Positions 41,901 to 52,060 of a DNA stretch of 64,000 nt are shown here, one piece after another. The stretch lies in sequence record HE978309. One strand, given 5' to 3'. This stretch comes from Enterobacteria phage GEC-3S. The notes beneath the pieces were generated by a model. It was not told the DNA's origin. It worked only from the letters and a program-made list of their open reading frames with translations, and did no database searches. Position 1 is the first letter of the stretch; each line of letters opens with the position of its first letter. The position numbers and the translations under genes are program-made.

Positions 41901-41992
41901 TATTGTTCCCGTCCGCAATGTAAGCACCGACTACCAGCAAACATCAAAGATTCACCACAATGTTTGCACTCATAATCTGTAAGAATTTTCAT
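41900..41992 (-). CDS. Possible 30-aa zinc-ribbon peptide
   Basis: MKILTDYECKHCGESLMFAGSRCLHCGREQ; TAATG coupling to downstream gene; very short. Confidence 0.3.
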   Translation of the reverse strand: MKILTDYECKHCGESLMFAGSRCLHCGREQ

Positions 41993-41993
41993 G

Positions 41994-42563
41994 TTACGCC
42001 TTCTTACGTTCTAAAATTTGTTCGCTGATCAGGTAATTATCAAGGAAGTAATTATGTTCTTCTTTGGTTACAAAGTCAAAATACAATTCCTGAATCATTT
42101 CCTTAGAGATACCAACATCATATTCAAATGGATCGTTGATCCCTGAACGTTGAACATACGTTAACACAATACGGTCCGCAAAGTCAACCGCTTTTTCAAT
42201 CAGGGAAGGTCCGCCGATAACACTTACCAAACCTTGCGTTTTCTCCAGGACTTTTAACAGATCCTTTAATTCAATTCCAGTATACACATTAGGCTGGTCG
42301 CCGTTTTTGGCTTTCGGTGTCGGCTTGCTGGCATCGGTACTAATAACCACATTAAGACGACCTTCCAGTGCTTTAGGGAGACTTTCAAAGGTATTACGTC
42401 CCATTACAACCGCCGCAAGATCAACATCTCCCATAGTGCGCATTTTAAAGTTTTCCATGTCCTTTTTAATTGGACGCCCCCACGGTAAACCGCCTTTAAA
42501 ACCAAAAGACCATTTTTCATCTGACATTTTAGTGTCACCAATAGCAAATACACATTGAATCAT
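41994..42563 (-). CDS. frd: Dihydrofolate reductase
   Basis: 189 aa; DHFR-like pattern (GGLPW; VVMGRNTFESLP; VIGG); T4 position. Confidence 0.9.
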   Translation of the reverse strand: MIQCVFAIGDTKMSDEKWSFGFKGGLPWGRPIKKDMENFKMRTMGDVDLAAVVMGRNTFESLPKALEGRLNVVISTDASKPTPKAKNGDQPNVYTGIELKDLLKVLEKTQGLVSVIGGPSLIEKAVDFADRIVLTYVQRSGINDPFEYDVGISKEMIQELYFDFVTKEEHNYFLDNYLISEQILERKKA

Positions 42564-42578
42564 AATATAAATCTCCCA

Positions 42579-42908
42579 TCAAATCAGTTTGAAATAGTTT
42601 TCGTTTACATTTTCTTCTGTGATTGCTGTCTTAAATTCTTGACCGTTATCCGGTGTGATGAAATAACGGTCAGAATAATCACGAAAACGTTTTAAGTGAG
42701 ATACCCCAACATTAACACCATTTTCCCAAAAACGAAAGGTAATCATTTTTGGTTCATATCGATAGTCGCTGGTTAACACAGTACCATCACCGCGACGGGC
42801 TTCATAAACCGTAATACATTCACGATTAGCGGCTTTAAGGCATTCTTCAATAGTGCCGCATGAGATAATACTTACTTTTTCATCTACGATTTGTTCTACA
42901 GTCCACAT
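42579..42908 (-). CDS. Hypothetical protein (109 aa)
   Basis: Internal ATG at 42908 with GAGAGGA RBS downstream of own promoter. Confidence 0.5.
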   Translation of the reverse strand: MWTVEQIVDEKVSIISCGTIEECLKAANRECITVYEARRGDGTVLTSDYRYEPKMITFRFWENGVNVGVSHLKRFRDYSDRYFITPDNGQEFKTAITEENVNENYFKLI

Positions 42909-42939
42909 AATATAATCCTCTCTTTGTTTCGATATGTGC

Positions 42940-42968
42940 ATTATACACTATTGCGTTACGCTGTCAAC
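42940..42968 (-). promoter_or_regulatory. Sigma70-like early promoter
   Basis: TTGACA - 16 nt - TATAAT. Confidence 0.5.
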
Positions 42969-44134
42969 TCTTTTTCAAAAGATTTTACGATATACATGAT
43001 GGTGCTCAATTCGGACGGCGCTACTGTCTCTGTGTAGCCATCCGGCATATCTTCTTTCGAGATATAGGAAGTTTTACCTTTCATTGCTTCCTTGATTTTG
43101 TTCTCTAATTCTAAGATCTTTTGACCGTCTTGTAAAGTCAATTCATAAAAGATCTCATGATCGAACTTTGAAACACGAGATTGGTTTCTCATGCGCTCAT
43201 GTGTTTCTTTGTTTGTTATTCCAAATTTCACGCCAACAAAGGAATCATTGTTGGTTAATTTCTGTATATAAAGAGTTCCTGTCTTTAATGCCTGATAACC
43301 ATGCTTAGAACACAACGGGCAGCGTGTTCCGCGATTAACAAAATTATCAATAGTTACATCCCATTCATGGTTACGTTCGCATGTCAGAAGTATTCTTGTT
43401 AATGCACCTTTCCACTTTCCTGAAATCCCAATAAATTTTAGTCTGTTGGTTTCGCATATTTTTTCAATTTGTTTTAATCGGTCACTTTTTGTTATTGGTG
43501 CTGTTCCGCTACATTTGCGACACCGACGACCTAGTTTGAACTTATCATAACTTTGTTCGTAAATGTGATTATTAGGACACTCAAATTTAAGTTTAGTTTT
43601 TGTTCCTCTCCATTCCCCAATTATACCCAAAAATTTATAATCTCCTTTATTTTCATTTATATAAGATAAGGAATCTTCTTTATCATGCATCTTGCCCCCG
43701 TTACATAAAGGACATCTTGTTTTTTGATGAATGAAATCTGTATATGTTGGTTGGTATGTGTGTCCGTTTGTACAGTTCATAATGAGTCTTGTTCTGCTAT
43801 TTTTATACTCCCCACCAACAAAACCAACAAATACATCGTTTGTTTCTTGTTTTATTCTTTCTATCACATTGTTTGGGTTTAATCTTTGAGAATCAACCAC
43901 ACATTTCTTACACGAAACTTTTTTCCTGATATTTGCTAGAGTTGATGTGTATTCATGCTTGTTATTACATAATATAAGAGCTTTTGTTTTGAGACCAGAC
44001 CATTCTCCAACAAACCCCATGAAAGAATAACCAACTTCCAAACATGATTTTTTTACAACATTTTCCCAATAGAAGGGAGTTTTCGTGTTTCCTTTTATTT
44101 CTATACGAATCTCATGTGCTTGACGTACTAACAT
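42956..44134 (-). CDS. Four tandem Cys/His zinc-ribbon repeats plus C-terminal T5orf172/GIY-YIG-like domain
   Basis: Four ~45-aa repeats each with C..H...CxxC, then LYIQKL...FVGVKFGIT...R; ATG at 44134 with GGAGGAT RBS. Confidence 0.6.
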   Translation of the reverse strand: MLVRQAHEIRIEIKGNTKTPFYWENVVKKSCLEVGYSFMGFVGEWSGLKTKALILCNNKHEYTSTLANIRKKVSCKKCVVDSQRLNPNNVIERIKQETNDVFVGFVGGEYKNSRTRLIMNCTNGHTYQPTYTDFIHQKTRCPLCNGGKMHDKEDSLSYINENKGDYKFLGIIGEWRGTKTKLKFECPNNHIYEQSYDKFKLGRRCRKCSGTAPITKSDRLKQIEKICETNRLKFIGISGKWKGALTRILLTCERNHEWDVTIDNFVNRGTRCPLCSKHGYQALKTGTLYIQKLTNNDSFVGVKFGITNKETHERMRNQSRVSKFDHEIFYELTLQDGQKILELENKIKEAMKGKTSYISKEDMPDGYTETVAPSELSTIMYIVKSFEKELTA

Positions 44135-44164
44135 ATTTTTATCCTCCGTTGTTTCGATGATTGT

Positions 44165-44193
44165 ATTATACATTACCACATCAGCATGTCAAT
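44165..44193 (-). promoter_or_regulatory. Sigma70-like early promoter
   Basis: TTGACA - 16 nt - TATAAT. Confidence 0.5.
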
Positions 44194-44217
44194 ACATTTT
44201 CATAAAATTTTAGGCAA

Positions 44218-44246
44218 TAAAAAAGCCTTCCCGAAGGAAGGCTTTA
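44218..44246 (-). terminator. Rho-independent terminator after gene 32
   Basis: AAAAAA-GCCTTCC-CGAA-GGAAGGC on plus strand. Confidence 0.6.
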
Positions 44247-44253
44247 AAATTCA

Positions 44254-45222
44254 TTACATCGCTAACAGAGAGTCAAGGTCATCCAGATCAGAAGCGGAGG
44301 AAGTACCGCCACCCAGGTCCAGAGATGCCATCAGGTCATCAGCGGAAGAATCTAACGCCGTGCTAGCTGCGTTAATACCAACTACAGTGCTAGCTGCGGT
44401 AATACCAGAGTCGAATGCATTCATCTGTGCGTCAAAATCGTCAAGCTGACTGTTAATCGCTGCCGCAGCACTGGAAGCCGCAGCACCCGCTACCATAGAA
44501 ACGCCCATAGTTTTCTTAAATTTGGTTTCCAGTTCATCGAACGGTTTAAACTGGCTAGGCGCTACAATCTCACTCAGATCAACCATGTTTTCCATCAGAT
44601 ATTTCTGATATGCTTCGTCTTCAATCTTCGGAAGCTGTGATTGCTGCATGAAACGAGAATCATCATAGTTCTGGTGTTTATCAACCTTCTTAGCTTTCAG
44701 GAGGAAGTTAGCACCGGAGAACACACAAGTTACATCTACCGGAACTTCGCCCATGTCGGTATTCACGTTCACCATTGCAACGATCTTATCATAAATTTTC
44801 TGACCGAATCGGAATTTGAATACTTTACCTTCATTTTCTGGTGCTTGAGGATCTTTCAGTACAAGAATGTTTGCGTAGTAAGACGCTTTACGCTTAATCA
44901 GTTGCCATTCGGTTTTATCGGTATTGTATAGGTCTTTTTCGTTAATATATTTGCACACAGGGCAAGAATCAAAATCACCGTGGGTGCTGGAGCAGTTTTC
45001 CCAATACCATTTACCATTAACTTTGAAGGAATGGTTTACCAGTTTCACAATCGGCAGACCGTCTTCTGTCTTAGACGGCAGGAAGCGAATCAGGGCTTCA
45101 CCGTTACCTGCTGCATCAGTCTTAATCTTCCACTCTTTCGGATCTTCTTTTGAGAAACCGTTGCCACCTTTCAGTGCGGCCAGTTGAGCTTGCAGTTTGG
45201 AAGAATCTTGGCGTTTAAACAT
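44254..45222 (-). CDS. 32: Single-stranded DNA-binding protein gp32
   Basis: Aligns with T4 gp32 (MFKR; [13 protein letters not shown]; [22 protein letters not shown]; [12 protein letters not shown]; DLDSLLAM); ATG at 45222. Confidence 0.93.
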   Translation of the reverse strand: MFKRQDSSKLQAQLAALKGGNGFSKEDPKEWKIKTDAAGNGEALIRFLPSKTEDGLPIVKLVNHSFKVNGKWYWENCSSTHGDFDSCPVCKYINEKDLYNTDKTEWQLIKRKASYYANILVLKDPQAPENEGKVFKFRFGQKIYDKIVAMVNVNTDMGEVPVDVTCVFSGANFLLKAKKVDKHQNYDDSRFMQQSQLPKIEDEAYQKYLMENMVDLSEIVAPSQFKPFDELETKFKKTMGVSMVAGAAASSAAAAINSQLDDFDAQMNAFDSGITAASTVVGINAASTALDSSADDLMASLDLGGGTSSASDLDDLDSLLAM

Positions 45223-45282
45223 ATTCACTATTCCTTCTTTTGATTAATTTACTAGACTATTATACAGATTTAAATTTACTTG

Positions 45283-45963
45283 TCAACTATTTGTTTCGGC
45301 TTTTAATTGAGATATTTCTTTACACTCTTTAACTACTTTAACAAATAATGCTCTTGCTTTTGCGGCGTCAATAACAAGTAGTTTCTTGTACGCCTTCATT
45401 TTAACACTATAAGTTTGCCAAATCAAGTCTTTGGCTACCTTGTCGTGTTCGTCGATTATATTTAGAAAGCTATCTAACAACATAAACGACTCAAACGATA
45501 TAATCCGATTTTGCAGTAGTTTAAAGATACCGCTAGTTTCGGTTGCGGGATTGTATGTAATTAGCTCTTTAAGAGTAACCCCGCGTTTCTCGGAGAAGTA
45601 TACCAGACTTTTAATGTCATCGTCAAATCTTGTTGCTGCATCGGTTATCTTTCCTATGTATTCCATATAAAAGCCGTATGCGTCAACATCAGTGATTTCA
45701 CCTACCCATGCATCGGTATTAGCTACCAGATTGCTTAGGAATAAGAAGTATAATTCTCTTAGATTGTACTTTTCCGCTAATTTTGCGAAATAATACTTAT
45801 CTCTGCGTTTATTGAATGCGGCATCAGACAACCGCATCCTCCAATTGTATTTTACGCAATCATAACGCCCGTTCATATGAGCTTTCATCATGCAATATAA
45901 CATATACACAGATTTAGCATTAATTCGCATATCTGGATCTGGAGGAAGACGGTTTCTGATCAT
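45283..45963 (-). CDS. 59: Helicase loader gp59
   Basis: Aligns with T4 gp59 (KSVY.LY.M.K.HMNG.YD..KYNW.MR.SDAA; FLSNLVAN.DAW; ISFE.F.LLDSFLNIID). Confidence 0.9.
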   Translation of the reverse strand: MIRNRLPPDPDMRINAKSVYMLYCMMKAHMNGRYDCVKYNWRMRLSDAAFNKRRDKYYFAKLAEKYNLRELYFLFLSNLVANTDAWVGEITDVDAYGFYMEYIGKITDAATRFDDDIKSLVYFSEKRGVTLKELITYNPATETSGIFKLLQNRIISFESFMLLDSFLNIIDEHDKVAKDLIWQTYSVKMKAYKKLLVIDAAKARALFVKVVKECKEISQLKAETNS

Positions 45964-45972
45964 ACATACCCC

Positions 45973-46242
45973 TTAAATATCGAGAGTGTTGGTCGGTTCG
46001 TCGATCACTCCCTTCCTGAGCGTTCTATTTACTATACATTCTTGTGTGATCTTGTCAATAATGGACACCGGAATATACTTCTGATAGTGACCATATTCTA
46101 TAGAGTTTTCCTCGACAAACTGAGTTGTCGCTTCAAGATAAGTCAATCCCTCTTCAACAACCAGTTTTTCGATTGCAAGACCGTTTGCTGTTTTATTCGC
46201 GGCTTTTACCGCATGTTCATTAAGCATTGAACACCCGATCAT
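45973..46242 (-). CDS. 33: Late-transcription co-activator gp33
   Basis: IEKLVVEEGLTYLEATTQFVEENSI ... NTLDI aligns with T4 gp33 C-terminal region; N-terminus shorter than T4. Confidence 0.75.
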   Translation of the reverse strand: MIGCSMLNEHAVKAANKTANGLAIEKLVVEEGLTYLEATTQFVEENSIEYGHYQKYIPVSIIDKITQECIVNRTLRKGVIDEPTNTLDI

Positions 46243-46495
46243 AGAGTTCTACCGCTTCATCGCGTTCTGCTTCGAAGGTTTCGCGCTGTTGCTGGTGATA
46301 CAGTTTAAACAGAATGCCCCACATTTTACCATCTACACCTAATTCTTCTTTAGCACGCTGTTTGATCTCTTTGATCTTATCGCCATATGCTTCTTGAATG
46401 GTTTTCTGATCGCTGGCTTCTTTAATCAGTTGTGCCAGGGTATTTCCGTGCGCTGCTTCGTCAAATACTACTTTTTCTTTTTTCTGTTCAGTCAT
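46220..46495 (-). CDS. dsbA: dsDNA-binding protein DsbA
   Basis: Aligns with T4 DsbA (FDEA.HG..LA..IKEASD; RAKDELGVDGKM; FEAE..E.VELYD.VF). Confidence 0.85.
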   Translation of the reverse strand: MTEQKKEKVVFDEAAHGNTLAQLIKEASDQKTIQEAYGDKIKEIKQRAKEELGVDGKMWGILFKLYHQQQRETFEAERDEAVELYDRVFNA

Positions 46496-46499
46496 AATA

Positions 46500-47096
46500 T
46501 TAACCCTCTTTCGTCATTAATTGAAAACCACGTTCAGCTTTTGAAATTTCGCTAGGACTTAAATCGTCACCCACATATTCTAGCATCATTTCTCGGATAA
46601 TGTCAAGTGCTTTTTCATCGCCTGATTTTAACTCAAACTCAAGTTCATAGTGAGCATCTCCCATTACTTCGCCGACTTTGCAATAATAGAAAGTGTCTCT
46701 GCACATTTCCACTATACCACAACCCATATCTAGAGTCAATGACTTGCGGTATGTCATTACTTGAAGTAAAGGAACGATAAGGTCGGAGTTTACGCCTAGA
46801 CTATCAACATAGTGATAGAAATCATCCATTGTTGAAAAAGTAATTTCTTCTCGGTTGAATAGTCCAGATTCACCATCACCTATTTTGACCATGATCAATG
46901 ATCTATTAACGTCAAGTCGTGCATAAATTCCTTTTTGACGTAGAGCATGATCTTTGGTATCATAATAAAATTCGTGTTTTATAATGTTATCTCGGTCTAC
47001 GAGATTGTACCCGTCATACATTGCTACCCACAAATCACAGATTGTTTCGACGCCAATTTGTGAGTGTGCATAGTATTTTAATTCAAGTTCTTTCAT
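46500..47096 (-). CDS. CYTH-like (triphosphate tunnel metalloenzyme) domain protein
   Basis: N-terminal ELELKY (ExExK) and C-terminal YELEFELK, basic residues between, consistent with CYTH signature; function inferred. Confidence 0.55.
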   Translation of the reverse strand: MKELELKYYAHSQIGVETICDLWVAMYDGYNLVDRDNIIKHEFYYDTKDHALRQKGIYARLDVNRSLIMVKIGDGESGLFNREEITFSTMDDFYHYVDSLGVNSDLIVPLLQVMTYRKSLTLDMGCGIVEMCRDTFYYCKVGEVMGDAHYELEFELKSGDEKALDIIREMMLEYVGDDLSPSEISKAERGFQLMTKEG

Positions 47097-47106
47097 GTGT
47101 CAACCC

Positions 47107-48054
47107 TTAGAACTCACCAATTTTCTGCAACATTTTAACTAACGCATTTGTTACAAAATAGTTATAAATTTTACCGCGTGGTGCTGGTTTAGATTTTTCC
47201 CATGACTCCAGAATCTGAGTCTTAATATTGTCTGGGATGTAATCGAAATCAATAAGTTCGCGGTTTTCGTCAAAGCGTCGTGCTTCTTCCTCTGTCATTA
47301 AAGACTTTGGATCTTCGGCATCGAAAATTTGCTCTAACCATTTGGTTGCAACCGGTTTAGCTCGTTCCCCTTCCAGTCGAGAGATAATGAAATCACTACG
47401 ACACTTGACAGAAGCCACACCGTCTTTTGCGTCACCCTTAACACATTTTACCATAAGGTCTTTGTAAGGGCTACCATATTTGCATTTCTTCCATGCTTTC
47501 TGTACTGGCGCCCACTGTTTCACGTTTTTGTATTTGTGCAACTGCGTGTAGTCACCATCACCGGAGTTGATCAGCACCTGGCGACCTTCTACAGAAAACT
47601 TTTTAGTTAATACAGCGATTATATCATCCGCTTCAACTTTGTCAACCTTAATAACGTGATAAGGCATATTCTCTTTAAACTCTTCGGTGATCTTATTGAT
47701 CGCAGCAAAGATCATCTCCCAATCACGCGGATCTGCGTCTCGCTTTTCCTTACGGTTGCGTTTATAGTAAGGGGCGATATCACGTCGCCAGTAACCTTTG
47801 CTTGAATCAAAAGCAAGTACCGTAATAGGGTATTGCTCTTTGAATTTTGTCATATTATAACGCATGGTGTCAAGAATAAGATGACGGATCATGCCTTCAT
47901 TAATAGGATCTTCCGGTTTAAATGTATGCGAGATAGTAGCAATCATAAGCTGTGACATATCAATCAAATGCACACCTTCCGGCAGTTTATCTTCTGGATC
48001 ATCGAAGAAATCATTAAGTGTAGCGGTAGTTTTTGTAAACGGGTTATATGTCAT
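47107..48054 (-). CDS. rnh: RNase H / 5'-3' exonuclease (FEN-like)
   Basis: Aligns with T4 RNase H (GYWRRD.A.YYK.NR; HKYKNVKQW; DFDYIPDNI; PRGKIY.YFV). Confidence 0.9.
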   Translation of the reverse strand: MTYNPFTKTTATLNDFFDDPEDKLPEGVHLIDMSQLMIATISHTFKPEDPINEGMIRHLILDTMRYNMTKFKEQYPITVLAFDSSKGYWRRDIAPYYKRNRKEKRDADPRDWEMIFAAINKITEEFKENMPYHVIKVDKVEADDIIAVLTKKFSVEGRQVLINSGDGDYTQLHKYKNVKQWAPVQKAWKKCKYGSPYKDLMVKCVKGDAKDGVASVKCRSDFIISRLEGERAKPVATKWLEQIFDAEDPKSLMTEEEARRFDENRELIDFDYIPDNIKTQILESWEKSKPAPRGKIYNYFVTNALVKMLQKIGEF

Positions 48055-48056
48055 AA

Positions 48057-48242
48057 TTAAGTTCTCTCCACTCTCACAACAACATATTCGCCAAACGAGT
48101 TAGATACTTCACGATCATAACCGTACTTCTCCATAACTCGCAGAATTGCATTGTTTAATTCGGCGCGGAAATAATTGTAATCCTTATCAGGGATTCTGTC
48201 AACTACCCATTTTGCACCGTCTGACAAATCAACTTTAACCAT
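48057..48242 (-). CDS. Hypothetical small protein (61 aa)
   Basis: ORF with AAGAGGAT RBS; stop abuts rnh start. Confidence 0.5.
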   Translation of the reverse strand: MVKVDLSDGAKWVVDRIPDKDYNYFRAELNNAILRVMEKYGYDREVSNSFGEYVVVRVERT

Positions 48243-48280
48243 AATATATCATCCTCTTTTGTTTCTATCAAGCCTTATTT

Positions 48281-48288
48281 TATAAATA
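48281..48288 (+). promoter_or_regulatory. T4-type late promoter (TATAAATA) for gene 34
   Basis: Exact TATAAATA 29 nt upstream of gene 34 ATG; AAGGAG RBS. Confidence 0.6.
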
Positions 48289-48316
48289 TGATCATACTAT
48301 AAAAGGAGACCCAATA

Positions 48317-51300
48317 ATGGCAGATTTTTCTCAACATTTCAAGGCCACATTTGGCTTTGACGCTGGTAATGAAAAGGTCGTCAATGTAGCATTGGCTGAT
48401 AAGAATGTCAACACCGATGCGGTCAACGTTGAATTTTTCAATTACCATAATGGTATTACTCAGTATGACACAACTCGCGGTTATGATCAATACGGAACTA
48501 CAATCTATCAAAACCGTCCGTATTATGCAAAAGAAGATATCACAAAACCAGCAGGTGATTTTGACCCGACTAAATGGCAAGCACTGCGCACGGACCCACG
48601 TTGGGATTATATTGCAGCAACTTCCGGTGATACTCCTTTACAGTCTGGTGATTATATCGCAGCAGATGGTCAATTTGCAAACTTGACTTTCTCTATGCCA
48701 ACTAAACCAGCAGAGGGAGACACTATAACAGTAAAAGATATCGGTGGCAAGTGTGGTGTTAACGAATTATCGTTCTTGAGTTCAGGACATGAGTTTTACC
48801 ATAACGGTAATGTGTATAACCGAAAATGGTATTGCACTACCCCGTATGCAATGAACTATTTCATCTTTGTTCGTAATCGTTGGCATGTTTATCAGACAGG
48901 AACAGAGCCACGCGGTGTGTACGCACAGCCAGCGATTGATGCTATTCAAATGCAGAATGGTGATCAGGTCTTTCGTCGTAGTTCGTTGGGTAATATTACC
49001 TTAGTGCTTCCTAAGTTTGCCAACAATGGCGACATGATCCAGACTACAGACCTTGACGGATTAACCGCAACCAACCACGTTACGGTTAAAGTTCATGAGC
49101 ACGCAGAAGAACAATCAATTGGCACGTCCGGTCTAAAAGAGATTATCGGTAAGCGTAGCGGTCATGGTGTATTCATCTTTGACAAGACGGAAAACTTATG
49201 GCGTTTGTGGGATGGTGATCAGTCTGTTCGTCTTAAACCGATCATCGATGACACTCGCTTGCAACCTAATAGCTATGTTGCCGTATTTGGTGATCGTGAT
49301 GTTACTCTGACGCTGCCGACCAATGTCGAGCCGGGTGATCGTATTCAAGTTTCTATGCAGTATATGCACGGAAACCAGAATTGCCGTATTATCACCGCCA
49401 CAGAGGATACAAAAATCCTTATGCAGAAAAACATGGTTCAGTTTCCTAAGCGTAGCGAGTACCCATTCAATGGGACCGATACATGGACGGGAGTTTCTGA
49501 ATTGTCTTTCAACGCTGCAAATGATTATGTACCTTATCTGGAGTTCTCTTATTCAGAAGGTGATGATGGTAAGAAATACTGGTTGGTGGCACATGCTCAC
49601 CCGATTGTAGAACGAGTAGATCCGACTCGTAAAGACCGTGTTGGTGTAATTGCACTGGCTACCCAGGATGAAACAAACAAAAACCATGAAGATAATCCTA
49701 GCGACGAAGTTGCGGTGACTCCAAAGGTTCTGGCTAATAAAACAGCCAACGAAACTCGACGCGGTATTGCTCGCATTGCGACTCAAGCGGAAACGCATCA
49801 AGATACTGGTTCTAACTTCCTGGATGATGTTATCGTTACGCCTAAAAAGTTAAATGACTGTGTTGCTACCGAAGCCCGTCGTGGTGTGATGGAAATTGCA
49901 ACCCAGCACGAAACCAATGAAGGTTTAGACGATACCCGCGCTATTACTCCTAAGAAATTAGAAGAACGTCGCGCTTCCGAAGATCTCGCTGGTATTGCTG
50001 AAATTGTTCAGGTTGGCGGTAGTGCTGCCGCTCGACGTGGCGAAGCTGGTACAGGGATCTATAACATCAATGACCATGCTAAAATTGTTACGCCAAAAAA
50101 CATCAACGAAGTCAAGGCGACCGAAACTTCCCGTGGTGTTGGCTATCTGGCAACTGACGCGGAAGTGCAAGGGGCTACAGAATCAACCCCGCAAGATGCT
50201 TTACTAATCACTACTCGCACGCTAACTAAACGTACTGCTACCGAATCGCGCACTGGTATCGCTGAAATTGCAACTCAGGAAGAAACAAACTTAGGTCAAA
50301 GTGATAACCATATCATCACGCCTAAAAAGCTGCATACTCGCCGCGCAACGGAAACTTTACATGGTTTAGCAGAAATTGCAACTCAACCGGAGTTTGACGC
50401 AGGTCTTGACGATGCTCGCATTTCTACCCCATTGAAGATTAAAACCTTCTTTGAGAATGCACAGCGTTTGAAAGTAGATCCGACTCAGGGGCTTAACCTT
50501 ACTGGTGATTTGTGGCAAGGTATCATGATCAGCGGTCTGGATGCAACCGAAGACACAAAAGGTGTCGCTAAAGTTGCTACTACTCAGCTTACGGATGCTG
50601 GTCAAGATGATACTACAATCATCACGCCTAAAAAGCTGCAAGGCAAAAAAGCCACCGAAGGTAAAGAAGGTATTATCCGCGTTGGTACTCAAGCCGAAAC
50701 CGTGGCTGGTACACTGGCTAATGTAGCAATTTCTCCGAAGAACTTCAAATATGTTGTTCAGACAGAGGATACATGGAAAGCAACCGAAGCGCGTCGTGGA
50801 TTCTTGAAAGTTGCTACTCAGGAAAACTGTTTTGTTGGTGACAATCTGCAAGGTTCTACTCAAGAACTAGGAAACTACCAGCATGACGGAATTGCTGTTA
50901 CCCCGAAAGGATTAAACTATGCACTTGCTAATTTCTTACCTAAGATGGCAACCGCTCAGAATAGTTTGAAATTGGGTAACGTAGAGGCCGCTAAATGGGC
51001 GCGTAGAGACATTGACCAGACCATAGAGAGCAATTACACGTTTAATAAAAACGTTAACGTGAAGGGCGATTTAGGGTGCTTAAAATCTGGTTCCTTTGAA
51101 ACTCTTTCTGTGACTAAGAACTCTACTGATGTTCCGAGTAATGGTCATCTGGTGTTGGGTAAGCGTGGAGTTGACGGTCACACCGGAATTACTCTGCATG
51201 GTACAACCGCATCGGAAGGCATGAAAAACTCGTGGTCTATTATCGTTGGTGGTACTGGAACAGCGCAAGTTGTTGATAGTGATGCTATCGCTTTCGGTCA

Positions 51301-52057
51301 AATCAATGATGGTGGAGTCGTCGAGCATTACGCCTTTGCTGTGGAACACAATGGCGACGCGACAGCATATAGAGACTTTATTGCAGGTCGTAACCTGTAT
51401 GCGAAACAAGGCGGTTTATACATTGTTGACCAGTCTAATCCGGCAATGACTCGTTCCCAAGATGGTATGCTGAATATCGGTCACGGTGGAAGTGTTAACA
51501 TCAAGGCAGGTTCTCAAAAGTTAACTACAGAGATCGCCGGACAGAAATATCAGATCGTACACGCAGGAAACGCCGACGAAGTTCTTAACCGTCAGTTTGT
51601 TAAGAATGCTGGCGATACAATGGTCGGTAAGCTGACTATGGATAATGCGCCTATTGTTTCTGTTAAGCATGAAGCTAGCGCGGCAACCGCTCCGGCAATC
51701 GGTAACATCGGTTTCTGGAATATGCGAGTTACTACCCAGAACATCAAAGAAACTTATCCAGAGAAGAAAAACGGTACTCTGATGCAATGGGGTACTGACG
51801 CGGACGGGCTTACCCAGCTTTGGTCCCCTGATGGTACTCATAAACATTATATCCGTTCCGGTACTGGTGGTCAATGGACCGCATGGGGTGAAATTTACAC
51901 CAAACAGAATAAGCCTACCGCTCAGGAAATCGGGGCAGTAGTTGCAGAAGGTGGTTTAATGAACTCTATGACGGTTCGTGATTGGATCAAAGTTGGTAAT
52001 GTTAAAATCATCGCCAATAATCTGACTCGTACCGTAGACTTTATCTGGGAAGACTAA
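48317..52057 (+). CDS. 34: Long tail fibre proximal subunit gp34
   Basis: 1246 aa (T4 1289 aa); N-terminus similar to T4 gp34; internal repeats (ETRRGIARIATQAETH / TEARRGVMEIATQHETN ...). Confidence 0.9.
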   Translation: MADFSQHFKATFGFDAGNEKVVNVALADKNVNTDAVNVEFFNYHNGITQYDTTRGYDQYGTTIYQNRPYYAKEDITKPAGDFDPTKWQALRTDPRWDYIAATSGDTPLQSGDYIAADGQFANLTFSMPTKPAEGDTITVKDIGGKCGVNELSFLSSGHEFYHNGNVYNRKWYCTTPYAMNYFIFVRNRWHVYQTGTEPRGVYAQPAIDAIQMQNGDQVFRRSSLGNITLVLPKFANNGDMIQTTDLDGLTATNHVTVKVHEHAEEQSIGTSGLKEIIGKRSGHGVFIFDKTENLWRLWDGDQSVRLKPIIDDTRLQPNSYVAVFGDRDVTLTLPTNVEPGDRIQVSMQYMHGNQNCRIITATEDTKILMQKNMVQFPKRSEYPFNGTDTWTGVSELSFNAANDYVPYLEFSYSEGDDGKKYWLVAHAHPIVERVDPTRKDRVGVIALATQDETNKNHEDNPSDEVAVTPKVLANKTANETRRGIARIATQAETHQDTGSNFLDDVIVTPKKLNDCVATEARRGVMEIATQHETNEGLDDTRAITPKKLEERRASEDLAGIAEIVQVGGSAAARRGEAGTGIYNINDHAKIVTPKNINEVKATETSRGVGYLATDAEVQGATESTPQDALLITTRTLTKRTATESRTGIAEIATQEETNLGQSDNHIITPKKLHTRRATETLHGLAEIATQPEFDAGLDDARISTPLKIKTFFENAQRLKVDPTQGLNLTGDLWQGIMISGLDATEDTKGVAKVATTQLTDAGQDDTTIITPKKLQGKKATEGKEGIIRVGTQAETVAGTLANVAISPKNFKYVVQTEDTWKATEARRGFLKVATQENCFVGDNLQGSTQELGNYQHDGIAVTPKGLNYALANFLPKMATAQNSLKLGNVEAAKWARRDIDQTIESNYTFNKNVNVKGDLGCLKSGSFETLSVTKNSTDVPSNGHLVLGKRGVDGHTGITLHGTTASEGMKNSWSIIVGGTGTAQVVDSDAIAFGQINDGGVVEHYAFAVEHNGDATAYRDFIAGRNLYAKQGGLYIVDQSNPAMTRSQDGMLNIGHGGSVNIKAGSQKLTTEIAGQKYQIVHAGNADEVLNRQFVKNAGDTMVGKLTMDNAPIVSVKHEASAATAPAIGNIGFWNMRVTTQNIKETYPEKKNGTLMQWGTDADGLTQLWSPDGTHKHYIRSGTGGQWTAWGEIYTKQNKPTAQEIGAVVAEGGLMNSMTVRDWIKVGNVKIIANNLTRTVDFIWED

Positions 52058-52060
52058 TTA

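Noticed and set aside
49323-51874. ORFs nested within gene 34 (49323..49610, 49553..49801, 49958..50170, 50366..50863, 51080..51409, 51521..51874) and similar ones inside genes 37, nrdA, alt and uvsW
   Set aside because: Embedded in long conserved genes, many antisense, no translation signals; chance ORFs.
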